From Candidatus Spongiisociaceae bacterium (GTDB lineage Bacteria > Actinomycetota > Acidimicrobiia > Spongiisociales > Spongiisociaceae), in NCBI GenBank assembly GCA_965262915.1, contig OZ253564.1:32001-96000 (forward strand): 64,000 nucleotides of DNA, given 5' to 3'. The notes under the pieces are model-generated. The model was not told where the DNA came from, made no database searches, and was given only the letters and a program-made list of their open reading frames with translations. Below are positions 1 to 9,828 of this stretch, one piece after another. Position 1 is the first letter of the stretch; every line of letters starts with the position of its first letter. The position numbers were made by a program, and so were the translations under genes.

Positions 1-131
1 ATCTTACGGATGGGCCACTCGTCAAGCTCGCGCATGAAGGCGACCGGATACCAGTACCGGCGTAGTAGCTCGCCCATCGGCGTACCCGGACCGACCCGGG
101 TCAGCCGTTCGTTCTGCTCCTTGGAAAGGAT
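1..131 (-). CDS. 5' end of a Rieske aromatic ring-hydroxylating oxygenase alpha subunit (phthalate dioxygenase/LigX-like); runs off the window edge; start codon reads ATC
   Basis: Minus-strand translation ILSKEQNERLTRVGPGTPMGELLRRYWYPVAF matches the typical N-terminus of this family; SD-like GGAAGGAGAGG lies just upstream; not in the ORF track. Confidence 0.75.
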   Translation of the reverse strand, partial: MLSKEQNERLTRVGPGTPMGELLRRYWYPVAFMRELDEWPIRK

Positions 132-193
132 TGCCCCTCTCCTTCCCGTGTCCCCTCGGGGTAAACCTCGTTCCTTCTGCCGCCGCTCGTGGA

Positions 194-710
194 TCAGCCG
201 ATGACCGTCACCGTGCCGGAGCTTCCGTCCACCCGCAGCATCGTTCCGGTCTCGATGTCCGTCGTGCCGAAGGCAGTTCCGGTGGCGGCCGGCAGGCCGT
301 ACTCCCGGCACACGATGGCGGCGTGGGACATCATCCCGCCGATATCGGTCACCGCGGCGCCGATGGTGCCGAAGGCCGGCGCCCAGCTCGGCGCGGTGAT
401 CGGCGCCACCAGGATCTCCCCGTCCTGCAACCGGCCGATGTCGTCGGCCGACATGATCACCCGGGCCGGGCCTTCCGCCACCCCGGGCGAGGCAGCAAAG
501 CCGCGCAGGCCGCCGTCGGCATTGTCACCGGCGCCCAACCACATACCGATGCTCTCGGATGTGATGCCCCACAGCATGATGGTGAACGGCTCGGTGACAA
601 CCTCCGGGGGCTCACCGAGGGCGGGCGGCGGACTCCAGTGCCGGAGGGCTTCCACGATACCCTTCCGCCTCGCAACCTCCCTGGGCCAGTACACCGGGCC
701 ACGTGAGGCG
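194..710 (-). pseudogene. C-terminal fragment of a PEP-utilising enzyme (phenylphosphate synthase alpha/PpsA-like, swivelling His domain)
   Basis: GFAASPGVAEGPARV, VTDIGGMMSHAAIVCREYGLPA and EPFTIMLWGIT motifs; N-terminal two-thirds absent. Confidence 0.75.
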
Positions 711-789
711 GCGCGATTTGGGTGTTGGTAGGAGTCAAGCCTCGTGATATCCTTGTCGGTACCACCCCTATCGCTTCGGCGGTAGGGCC

Positions 790-822
790 GAGACCGCCTT
801 CCCCCGGCGGTCTCTGTCTTTC
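790..822 (+). terminator. intrinsic terminator-like hairpin, orphaned
   Basis: GAGACCGCC-loop-GGCGGTCTC followed by TGTCTTTC. Confidence 0.5.
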
Positions 823-933
823 TCGGGAAGTCGCGATCGTTCAGCAATCCTGCCGTGTCGGTGGCATTCGCAGCAGTTGACCGTTACCGAGCTGCTCAAC
901 GACGTGAGTAGTCATTCCATACCACAAGACCGG

Positions 934-1230
934 GTGGAAACCGGCATCGACCCTATCTCCCTGATCGAGGTGGCCGACGATGCGGTGCGTCCCATCCAGC
1001 CCGAACAGGGCGTCATCGACGGTGACGGGCTGCTCCTCGGATACGCCGGCGTATACAGTTCTTTCCTCCTCCACGCCAGGCGGGCAGCCGAGCGCTACGG
1101 AGTACCGACCAGGGACATCCTGCTCGAACTAGGGGAACGCAAGGTGGTGGGGGGCCAGGAGGACATGATCATCGACGTGGCGATGGACCTCCAGCGCTGG
1201 GCGGCGGCCGCCCAGCCGGTAATCGCCTGA
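934..1230 (+). pseudogene. dmpG: C-terminal (communication domain) fragment of 4-hydroxy-2-oxovalerate aldolase
   Basis: [23 protein letters not shown]...[18 protein letters not shown]; the TIM-barrel catalytic part is missing. Confidence 0.8.
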
Positions 1231-1242
1231 GAGGGGCTGCCG

Positions 1243-2031
1243 ATGGATCACCAACCCCCCGCCCGCGGCCTGATTGAGCGGTTCGCAGCCCGGCTCACGG
1301 AAGCCGTCGCTAGCCGGTCGGCTATCAGCCCCCTGACCGGAGAGTACCTCTTCACGGTCGAGGAGGCCTACGACATACAGGAGGCGGTACTGGCTCGGGC
1401 AACCGGCGCCGGCGAGAGCATCGTCGCCGCCAAGCTCCGGGTTGACCAGCCGGGCGAAGCAGGAGCAGATGGGGGTGTCGGAGGCCCTCTACGGTTGGCT
1501 CACCGACCGCCACCGGCTGAAGCCCGGAGAACCCCTCGACAGCGGTCGGCTCATCCAGCCGCGAGCCGAACCGGAGATCGCCTTCATCACGTCACGGCAT
1601 CTTGAGGGACCGGTGGGACTTGACGATGTTCTATCCGCTACCGCGGCTGTAGCGCCGGCACTCGACATCCTCGATTCCCGCTTCGCGGGCTACGCGTTCA
1701 CGTTGGCCGACGTGGTAGCAGACAACTGCAGCGCCGGCGCGTTCGTGCTAGGTAATCCCGTGCCTCTGGATAGCTTTGATCTGGGGCTGGTGGGTTGCGT
1801 ATTCGAGAAGAACGGCGAGGTGGTGGGAACAGCTGCGGAGCCGCAGTGTCGGGACACCCGGCGACGGCACTGGCCTGGTTCGTGCGGAAGCTGGCCGAAC
1901 GTGGCAAGGGCCTCCCCGCCGGATCTCTGGTGTTGCCCGGGGCACTGACCGGCTCGGTGCCGATCGGGCCGGGGGACTCGGTGGTCGCCTCTTTCGACCG
2001 TATCGGATCGGTCGGGCTGTCCGCAGCATGA
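1243..2031 (+). pseudogene. dmpH: 4-oxalocrotonate decarboxylase / 2-keto-4-pentenoate hydratase (FAH fold) with two frameshifts
   Basis: Three consecutive frames join: EEAYDIQ..AAKL / (G)LTSRAKQEQMGV..QPRAEPEIAF..DVVADNCSAG / GAAVSGHPATALAW..LPGALT; single-base shifts near 1438 and 1838. Confidence 0.75.
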
Positions 2032-2175
2032 GCGGACCCGACGTGGACGCCATCACCTTCACCGGGGAGTCGGCCACCGGCAAGGCCATCATGACCACCG
2101 CCGCCCCCAACCTCAAGAAACTCTCGTTCGAGGTGGGCGGCAACTCTCCGAACATCGTCTGCGCCGACGCGGATC
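2028..2175 (+). pseudogene. internal fragment of an aldehyde dehydrogenase (2-hydroxymuconic semialdehyde dehydrogenase-like)
   Basis: PDVDAITFTGESATGKAIM..LKKLSFEVGGNSPNIVCADAD, only about 49 aa. Confidence 0.7.
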
Positions 2176-2607
2176 CACGAACGGATCGAACTTGTCGAGC
2201 ACGTCCATGCGTTCGATCCAGGAGGGGTCGTGGAAGCGGCTGAGGTCGTTGGTCAGCGCGGCTACCCGCAGTCCGCTTTCGATCAATGTCCGGCGCAACT
2301 GCCAGGTGTCCGGGCGTAGGACCTCGTCCCTCGGTGCGTCGAAGAGCGAATCCATCAGGCTGCGCAACCGGTCTTCGCCGGCCCCGATCATCTCCGCGTA
2401 CCGGTCGGCTTGGCGGTGCCAGTATCCGAGTCCGGTGAACTCCCCGGCCCGGAACCTCCGCCAGAGTGAATCGCTGGCCGGGTCGAACGGACCGGCCAGG
2501 TCGATGCCGCCCGGCGGCAGACCGAGGCGCCGTTCACCGGGCGCCATCTCGAAGGGCGTGCGGATCACCACCCCTCCGAAATCGAACACGACTGCCTGGA
2601 TCGCCAT
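2172..2607 (-). pseudogene. HAD-family hydrolase, C-terminally truncated
   Basis: AVVFDFGGV motif I and ALTND motif II; motifs III/IV are lost where it collides with the ALDH fragment. Confidence 0.7.
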
Positions 2608-2621
2608 AACCGACGACCGCG

Positions 2622-2954
2622 TTACCCCGATGCCGGACCGCGACGAACTCCGGCGTTGGTTCCTTCACTGGAGGCCCTCTGCGAGAGCACCACGGTGAGT
2701 TCGGGAGGCATGGCGAATCCGACGCCCTCGAGCACCCGGAGCGTGCTCAGAAGCGCCGTAGCAACTCCCGACACCAGGTCGGCTGCCTCGGGGCTCACAA
2801 AGAATCCCTGGTGCGCCCGATTCAGGTGGCGGTAGATCTCCCGTCTCACCTGTCGCTGGGATCCGCTCTCCTGCAGCACCGCACCGGGTAGCTGCTCCGC
2901 GAGGCGAGCATCCGGGAAATCCGGAATCATGATCTGTATCTGCCATTGACTCAT
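2622..2954 (-). CDS. hypothetical protein, paralogue of 5155-5457
   Basis: Shares WQ..PD, EIYRH...GFFV and P.ELTV motifs with the 5155-5457 product; AT-rich upstream region. Confidence 0.65.
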   Translation of the reverse strand: MSQWQIQIMIPDFPDARLAEQLPGAVLQESGSQRQVRREIYRHLNRAHQGFFVSPEAADLVSGVATALLSTLRVLEGVGFAMPPELTVVLSQRASSEGTNAGVRRGPASG

Positions 2955-3063
2955 AACAATATCTATAAAACATTACATGCGTCTGAACAAGGCTTTCGTC
3001 GCCGTAAATCCAAGAGGTCCCCACCCAGGTCGAGCGACTCCCCTCCCCGCCGGTGAACTCCGA

Positions 3064-4143
3064 TCAGGCTCTGGGACGGTCGAGCAGCCGGGCGGGATTC
3101 TCGACCAGCATCTGGTCCAGGTCCCCGGAATCAACTCCGAACTCGTCCTTCAGGGCGGGGACGATCCTGCCCATCACATGGGCGTAGCCCATGCCTCCGT
3201 AGGCGGTGAGCATCATCTTGAGGTGGACATCGCCCGCCAGCACCAGCCGGTCGGAGTACCCCTCGGACACGAGCAGCGCTATCGCCTCCATGCGCTCGTA
3301 GTCGGTGGCGTAGTTGCCCCGTCCGGGGTAGTAGAACTCGGTGCCGAACAGGTCGTACTCGACGGTGGCGCCCCCGTCCATCAGGCTGCGGTGGTTGCAG
3401 AGGTCGAGGATCTCGTCCGAGTGGCCGAAGACGATCCGGGTCGGGTCGGCGCCGTGCCCTACCAACCACTCAAGGATACGCGGAGCCTGGTACTGGCCCT
3501 GCGGGTCGAGGTGGACGCTGATGGCGGCACCCGTCCGCTGAGCGGCGAGGGCCGATCCCTGGAGGACCTTCCACTCGTTGTCGGTGACAGGATCGGTGGT
3601 GCCGATCTCCCCGATGATGGTCGGCCTGATACCGGTGCCGTCCACGCCGTTCTCCAGCTCGTCGATGAGGTAGGCGGCCACATCCTCCGCCGATTTGTTG
3701 TCGATCCAGGAGGGATGGCTCGGTCCCCGGTAGAAGCCGCAGCCGACCATGATGTGGACCCCGCTCCGCTCCGAGATGGCGGGCAACTCCGCCACCCGGC
3801 GGCCGATCCCAAGGGGGGTGACGTCGACGATCCCCCGGCCTCCCGCGCGGCGGAAGCGGCGCAGTTCGGAGACCGTGATGTCAGGATCGTCGAGCGACAG
3901 GTTGAACTTGTTCGACACGGCATTCCATCGAAGGTCGCCGATCTGGTCGATGGTGATGGGACGGTCGATCATCTCGGTGTCCGGATCGTCCAGGGCCTCC
4001 ACCGCGTCGATCAGCAGGTGTTCGTGCATGGTGGTGGGCCCCAGATCCCGGGGATCGATCGGTCCGAGAACGGTGCTTACCGGCAATGGGTCTCCAATGG
4101 TCGGTGGTCGGTTGTCCGTGCTCTGCAATACTGCGTCCTCCAT
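3064..4143 (-). CDS. phosphotriesterase-related (PHP/PTE-like) amidohydrolase
   Basis: TVLGPI, MHEHL, GGRGIVDVTP, IIGEIG, VH/GH and AGD metal-ligand motifs. Confidence 0.9.
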   Translation of the reverse strand: MEDAVLQSTDNRPPTIGDPLPVSTVLGPIDPRDLGPTTMHEHLLIDAVEALDDPDTEMIDRPITIDQIGDLRWNAVSNKFNLSLDDPDITVSELRRFRRAGGRGIVDVTPLGIGRRVAELPAISERSGVHIMVGCGFYRGPSHPSWIDNKSAEDVAAYLIDELENGVDGTGIRPTIIGEIGTTDPVTDNEWKVLQGSALAAQRTGAAISVHLDPQGQYQAPRILEWLVGHGADPTRIVFGHSDEILDLCNHRSLMDGGATVEYDLFGTEFYYPGRGNYATDYERMEAIALLVSEGYSDRLVLAGDVHLKMMLTAYGGMGYAHVMGRIVPALKDEFGVDSGDLDQMLVENPARLLDRPRA

Positions 4144-4179
4144 CGCCGGTCGTCAACCTAGAAGTGATGGACCCCCATC

Positions 4180-4280
4180 AGGAGGGTGCTGAAGAACCCC
4201 CGTTGGCCCGACGGTCGATGACGAATGCCTCGTAAGCGGACGGCGGGCCAACCGCTACCGCTGTTCTTGAGCACCCTCCT
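4180..4280. mobile_element. MITE family A, copy 1 (about 100 bp, terminal inverted repeats)
   Basis: AGGAGGGTGCTGAAGAAC ... GTTCTTGAGCACCCTCCT; related copies at 6864 and 13918. Confidence 0.7.
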
Positions 4281-4289
4281 AAGCTGGGG

Positions 4290-5105
4290 GTGATGGGTCC
4301 GGATGTTGCATACGACGAGCTGATCCCCGACCTTCGCCTCGATGGCAGGGTGGCCGCCGTGACGGGGGCCGGACGCGGGATCGGCCGGGAGACGGCCCGG
4401 ACGCTGGCCGCGGCCGGGGCTCATGTCCTGGTGACCGACATCGATGAGGCCGCCGCCCGGTACGCCGCCCGGGGTATCCGCCGGGAGGGCGGCTCGGCCG
4501 GCCACTACACCCTCGACGTCACGGACGAGGAACAGGTGAGGGGGTTCGCAAGGGAGGCGGAGCGCGCGGCGGGGGTCGCCCAGATCCTTGTCAACAACGC
4601 CGGGATCGTCACTATGGCCCCCTTCCTCGAGTTGGCGGAGGACGAGTTCGACGCGGTGGTGGCCGTGAGCCTGAGAGGGACCTACCTCATGACCCGGGCG
4701 CTGCTCCCCGCCATGAGGAGATCGGGCTGGGGTCGTGTGGTCTCGCTGTCCTCGATGCTGGGCAAGACCCCCGCCCCGTATGCGGCTCACTACTCGGCGG
4801 CCAAAGCGGCGATCATCGGCTTCACCCAGGCAATCGCCAAGGAGGCGGCCCCCGGAGTGACCGTCAATTGCCTGTGCCCCACCAATGTGGAGACCGGGAT
4901 CATGGAGGAGGACTTCGAGTTCTTCGGGGAGAAGGAAGGGATCTCCCCCGAGGCGCTCATGCGGCGTTGGATCGCTGCGATTCCCATGGGTCGACTGGGC
5001 CAACCCCTCGACGTGGCCCGGGCCGTGCTGTTGCTGGTCGGAGAAGCGGGAGCATTCACCACCGGCCAGGCCCTGAACGTGAGCGGGGGCGAAGAGGTCC
5101 ACTGA
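4290..5105 (+). CDS. SDR family NAD(P)-dependent oxidoreductase
   Basis: TGAGRGIG, NNAG and YSAAK motifs. Confidence 0.92.
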   Translation: MMGPDVAYDELIPDLRLDGRVAAVTGAGRGIGRETARTLAAAGAHVLVTDIDEAAARYAARGIRREGGSAGHYTLDVTDEEQVRGFAREAERAAGVAQILVNNAGIVTMAPFLELAEDEFDAVVAVSLRGTYLMTRALLPAMRRSGWGRVVSLSSMLGKTPAPYAAHYSAAKAAIIGFTQAIAKEAAPGVTVNCLCPTNVETGIMEEDFEFFGEKEGISPEALMRRWIAAIPMGRLGQPLDVARAVLLLVGEAGAFTTGQALNVSGGEEVH

Positions 5106-5154
5106 CCGACCTCGGGCGGCCGGTAGCCGGTCCGAGCAGCGCGGGTCGTCCCCC

Positions 5155-5457
5155 TCAGAGCTCCTCGTCCGCATCCACGGCCGTCGTGCGCACGGTGAGT
5201 TCGACCGGAACCGGCAGACCCTCGACCTCGAAGGCCCGGGTGGTTGCCAGCACCGCGGAAGCCGCAGCCGTCCCCGGGTCGGGAGCATTGATCCTCACGA
5301 AGAAACCGTAACGCTTCCGGCCCCGGTGGCGGTAGATCTCAAGGCTCACCCGCTCCAAGGCTCGGGCTTCCTGCTGGAGGGCTCGGGCGATCCGCACACC
5401 GACCGGAAGGGTGGCCCACGGGTCCGGTACCCTCACATCTACCTGCCAGTTCTCCAC
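5155..5457 (-). CDS. hypothetical protein, paralogue of 2622-2954; probably leaderless GTG start
   Basis: Similarity to 2622-2954; TGTG-TACATT -10 box lies 7 nt before GTG 5457. Confidence 0.65.
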   Translation of the reverse strand: MENWQVDVRVPDPWATLPVGVRIARALQQEARALERVSLEIYRHRGRKRYGFFVRINAPDPGTAAASAVLATTRAFEVEGLPVPVELTVRTTAVDADEEL

Positions 5458-5624
5458 CCGGCACAATGTACACAATTCGGAGATGCGGTATCCAAACATC
5501 CGGACCCTGGGGTGGCTGTTACCAGTAGGCCCGGCGAACAAATAACGTGCTGAGCAAGGGCAAGATGGAGCGAGGACACCTCGAAAGCTCGCTTCCACCC
5601 ATCCGATTGTTAGAGAGGAAGAAC

Positions 5625-6764
5625 ATGTCCCGTTTCATCACAGCGAGAGGGATACTGCTGGCAGCCTTGATGCTCGTCGCGATGGCCTGTTCCGATTCGT
5701 CCCCGGAGAAGACCACCACCGACGGTACCCGAGTCCCGACGACCGCGGCAGCCTCCGACGCGGTGAACGCCGAGGACGTCACGGTCCCCTCGGAGCCATC
5801 GACCTCTACCACGCAGCCCGATGAGACACCCGAGACATCGACACCCGGCACAGCGCCCGAAAGCGAACCCGAGACGACGACGCCCGACACGGTGCCGGAA
5901 AGCGAACCCGAGACGGCGACACCCGACACGGACTCCGATGCCGCGGCCCTGCTGACCGCCGCCGGCCGGGAAGCCACCGGACGTTCGGTACGCGGTGAGT
6001 TCAAGCTACAGATAGGCCCGGCTGATTCCGGTATGGCTCTCGAGACGACGACCTTCGAGACCGACGCGGATGGGAACACCGGTCTGATCGTCTCGTTTCC
6101 GGATCCTTCCTCGAGCAGCGAGCTCAGGTACGTCGACGGAACGCTGTATGTACGCCTGCCGCAGGAACTCCTCTCCTCGTACGGTGTCGATCCGGCCTCC
6201 GGAGCAACATGGCTGACCGTCGACGAGGAGACATCGGGGCAAATGGGATTCACGTGCGTGTCGCCGCTGTCCTCCATGGGGCCGGGCACCGCGTCCGCGG
6301 ACTGCGACCCGATGGGCGACACCGCCGCGCTCCTTCCCGAGTTCGCCGACAACGCCACGATCGTCGGCCGGGCGGTTGTGCGGGGGGTAGATACGTCGGT
6401 GGTGCGGCTCGCCGTCTCGATCGGAGACCTGCTCGCCGGCGTCGCAGGGTCCATGCCGGACGCGGAGGACGAGTCCGGCGAGGTGGACGCTCTGGCCGAG
6501 GCATTCTCGTTCATCAGCGGCGACATCCACATCGACGTGTGGATCGACGACGACAATCGCATACACCGCCTCGCTGTCGACGTGGCGTCGCTCATGGCGG
6601 GGATGGCCGGCGCCGCGGGCGAAGACCCCGACGAAATACCCCAACTCATGGTCGTGGTCGACTACTACGACCACGACGCGGATTTCACCATCGAGGCCCC
6701 TCCGGTCGAGGAGATACTGGGCGACTTCGCCGACTACGTGGGCCCCGGTCCCGACACGTTCTGA
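5625..6764 (+). CDS. lipoprotein with Pro/Thr/Glu-rich linker and LppX/LprAFG-like C-terminal domain
   Basis: SD GAGAGGA, lipobox LVAMA-C, ELRYVDGTLY and DVWIDDDNRIHRL motifs. Confidence 0.75.
   Translation: MSRFITARGILLAALMLVAMACSDSSPEKTTTDGTRVPTTAAASDAVNAEDVTVPSEPSTSTTQPDETPETSTPGTAPESEPETTTPDTVPESEPETATPDTDSDAAALLTAAGREATGRSVRGEFKLQIGPADSGMALETTTFETDADGNTGLIVSFPDPSSSSELRYVDGTLYVRLPQELLSSYGVDPASGATWLTVDEETSGQMGFTCVSPLSSMGPGTASADCDPMGDTAALLPEFADNATIVGRAVVRGVDTSVVRLAVSIGDLLAGVAGSMPDAEDESGEVDALAEAFSFISGDIHIDVWIDDDNRIHRLAVDVASLMAGMAGAAGEDPDEIPQLMVVVDYYDHDADFTIEAPPVEEILGDFADYVGPGPDTF
5829..5931 (+). repeat. 39-bp coding tandem repeat (about 2.6 units; PESEPETTTPDTV)
   Basis: GAAAGCGAACCCGAGACG recurs with a 39-nt period. 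Confidence 0.8.
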
Positions 6765-6863
6765 GAGTTGCACGCTCCTGAGGGTCGACCGGTTGCCGGC
6801 CTCTGCCGTGCTGAACGGGGGAAGGGGCAGGAGCGACCACCAGCCTGTTGCACCCGCAGTTCC

Positions 6864-6950
6864 AGGAGGGTCGTCAAGAACCAACGGTTGGCCCGCCGGG
6901 TCGATGACGGGATACCGCGTCAGCCGACGAGGGGCCGCCCATCTCAACCG
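6864..6950. mobile_element. MITE family A, degenerate copy
   Basis: AGGAGGGTCGTCAAGAAC..GTTGGCCCG..GGTCGATGACG aligns with the copy at 4180; right TIR eroded. Confidence 0.5.
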
Positions 6951-7079
6951 TTTCCCGGCCTGCAAGTCGGAGACCCCGACCTTGCAACGGAGAAACCCCA
7001 AGTCGCCGGCTGCATCGATGCAACCCCGGACCGCGATAGGTCCAATGATCAGGGCTGCTCTGTTCGTATCATGTCCGTC

Positions 7080-8462
7080 ATGGCAGACAATTCCCATCCG
7101 ACTGTCTCGGAGGTCCTTGCCGAGCGGGTAAGCCGTTCACGACCCTCGGATCTCCCTTCCCCGGCTATCGAAGCAGCCAAGATATTCATCCTCGACACCA
7201 TCGGAGTCGGCCTGGCCGGAGCCAGGACATCAGAGAGCTGTAGCCTCGTGGAAACACTGCGCACATGGGCCAGCACGGGAGCAGCGTCGGTGTGGGGAAG
7301 GAACGTGTCCCTTCCCCCGTGGGGAGCCGCGATGGCCAACAGCCATCAAGCCCACTGCTTGGAGTTCGACTGCGTGCACGAACCGGCGGTTATACATCCG
7401 CTGACCGTGGTTCTCCCCTGCGCCATTGCCGAAGTCCAATCCCGCGCCCGGCGCGGGGAGAAGACATCCGGAGCGGAACTGATCACCGGGGTCGCCCTGG
7501 GGGTGGAGATCGCTAGCGGGTTGGGAACCGCCACCACGACGGCCTTGCGGTTCTTCCGGCCCTGCACCAACGGACTATGGGGAGGGGTGGCCGCGGTGGC
7601 GTGGCTCCGGGGTTTGGATGCGTCGATGACCGCCCATGCCCTGGGGATAGCCTACGGGCAGCTCTCGGGAACCATGCAACCCCACTCGGAAGGATCAGCC
7701 CTTCTCCCACTGCAGATGGCGTTCAGCGCCAGAAATGCCCTGACCTCGGTCGACCTTGCCGAAGCAGGACACGCCGGGCCACGGGAGGTGATCGAGGGCG
7801 AGTTCGGGTTCTACGGGCTGATCGAAGGAGCAGGAGACACCGCCCGGCTCCTCGACGAATGGACCCGCCCCTGGCGGATCACCCAGGTCTCCCACAAGCC
7901 GTTCCCCAGCGGACGCGCCACCCACTCGGCCATCGACGGGACCCTCCGGCTCCGACGCCGGCACGGCTTACACGCCGACCAGGTGCAAAGCGTCCTCATC
8001 GAGGTTCCCTCGATGATCAACCATCTGTGTGCCCGTCCCCTCATTCCCGACCCCACTCCTAACTACACCAGGCTCTGCATCCCCTACCAGATCGCCGGCG
8101 CCCTGGTCGACGGGTTCGTCGACCTCACCACTGTGCGTCCGGAGCGTCTCGTCGATCCGTTGATCGGAGAGCACGCAGCCAAGGTCGGAATCGCGTTGAA
8201 CGACACCGCCGACCCCAACGCCTTCAGCCCCCAGACCGTCACCGTCTCGCTCGCAGACGGCGCCGTGCATACGGTCACCGTCACCGAACTGCCCGGCTCC
8301 CCGGCCGCTCCACTCAGCCGGGCCGAGTACCTGGGCAAATTCAGGTCGTGTGTCGAGTATGGGGCCGAGGGGTGGGACTCCGACCGGACCGAGCGGGTGA
8401 TCGACCTGGTTGCACGCCTCGAGGACTTGGACGACGTAGGTCCGTTGACCGATCTCCTATGA
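7080..8462 (+). CDS. MmgE/PrpD family protein
   Basis: ILDTIGVGLAG, AHCLEFDCVH, HKPFPSGRATHSAID and PGSP motifs; TATCAT -10 box lies 7 nt before ATG 7080. Confidence 0.9.
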   Translation: MADNSHPTVSEVLAERVSRSRPSDLPSPAIEAAKIFILDTIGVGLAGARTSESCSLVETLRTWASTGAASVWGRNVSLPPWGAAMANSHQAHCLEFDCVHEPAVIHPLTVVLPCAIAEVQSRARRGEKTSGAELITGVALGVEIASGLGTATTTALRFFRPCTNGLWGGVAAVAWLRGLDASMTAHALGIAYGQLSGTMQPHSEGSALLPLQMAFSARNALTSVDLAEAGHAGPREVIEGEFGFYGLIEGAGDTARLLDEWTRPWRITQVSHKPFPSGRATHSAIDGTLRLRRRHGLHADQVQSVLIEVPSMINHLCARPLIPDPTPNYTRLCIPYQIAGALVDGFVDLTTVRPERLVDPLIGEHAAKVGIALNDTADPNAFSPQTVTVSLADGAVHTVTVTELPGSPAAPLSRAEYLGKFRSCVEYGAEGWDSDRTERVIDLVARLEDLDDVGPLTDLL

Positions 8463-9828
8463 GCCATCCCACCTTTTTCGAGACTCTCGATGTCTCTCGC
8501 CTGTTCCGGGAGTATCCGCTGGGCGAGGATTTCACCGACAGGTACGGGCGTATGAGCACCGACGAGCTGAGGGCCATCCAGAATCGGCGGTTTCGCAGAG
8601 TGATGCGGAGGGGCTGGGCGACTCCTTTCTATCGCCGACTCTGGAGTAGGGAGGGCATGGAACCCGGCGACATATCGGGGCTGGACGATCTCCATCTCCT
8701 GCCCACCTACGACAAGTCCGACATCATGGCCTCGGTCGAGTCCCACCCTCCGCTGGGAGACGCAACGGGGATGGAGTCCTATGCCGAAGGTGAGGCTCCT
8801 CCCATGATCCTGCACACCACGAGCGGCACGACCGGCGCTCCCCAGCCCCTGGTGTTCGGACCTTGGGGACGGGAGGTGGCCAATCTCTTGGTGGGCAGGA
8901 TGTATACGTGGCAGGGTGTCGGGTCCGACGATGTGGTGCATTCCGTATACGGCCATGGGATGGTCAACGGCGGGCACTACATACGGGAAGCCGTTACCCA
9001 TTTCACTCCGCCACCTTTCTCTCCGCAGGGACGGGGGCGGAGACCCCTTCCGTTCGCCAGGTCCAGATCATGAAACGGTTCGGCGCCACGGTGCTGGTGG
9101 GGTTCGTCGACTACCTGCGTCGCTTGGCCGAAGTTGCCACCGACGAGGGCCTTCACCCCCGAGCGGACATACCGGTGCGCATGATCGTCGGTCATCTCGG
9201 AACGGGCGGACGCCGGGAGGTGGAGAAGGCCTGGGGAGGGGTTCCGGCCTATGACTGGTACGGGGTGGCCGACACCGGCTCGGTGGCCGGTGAAGGACCC
9301 GAACGGGACGGGATGTACGTATGGGAGGATGCCCACTTCCTGGAAGTGCTCGATCCCGAGACTGGGAAGGCGGCGGCTAGAGGGGACATGGTGGTCACCT
9401 GTCTTTACAAGGAGGACTTGGGGCCGGTCATCAGGTTCAACACCCACGATGTCACCGAGTGGCTGGCCGGACGGGGCGCGTCCGGCCTGGTGTTCCGCCG
9501 CATCCGGGGCTTCATGGGGCGCTCGGACAACATGGTGAAGATCCGGGGAGTCAGCATCTACCCCGAGTCCCTGGCGGGGTGGGTCGCCGCCCAGCCAGGG
9601 TGCACGGGTGCCTACTACTGCCGGTCCACCCGCCGCTCTTCGGGCAGGGAGGAGTTGACGGTGGTGATCGAACGGTCCGGAGGTGACGCTGCTCACTTTG
9701 CGGAGGAGTTGCGCCGCATCCTGGGAGTCGCGGTGCAGGTGGACTTCCAACGCCCCGGAGCAACAGCCGCGGTGACCGGGGTCGACCGACGGCAGAAGCC
9801 CATCCGCCTGGTCGACGAACGCCGGTGA
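8459..9828 (+). pseudogene. phenylacetate-CoA ligase (PaaK)-like AMP-binding enzyme with one frameshift near 9007 (may be a sequencing error)
   Basis: HTTSGTTG P-loop in frame 1; YDWYGVAD, IRFNTHD and GRSDNMVKIRG in frame 2; ATGA/GTGA coupling with both neighbours. Confidence 0.8.

Noticed and set aside
2977-4161. Long antisense ORFs (also 14867-16711, 32144-33631, 52745-54091, 57676-59280)
   Set aside because: Shadow frames of real genes in high-GC DNA, with no motifs of their own
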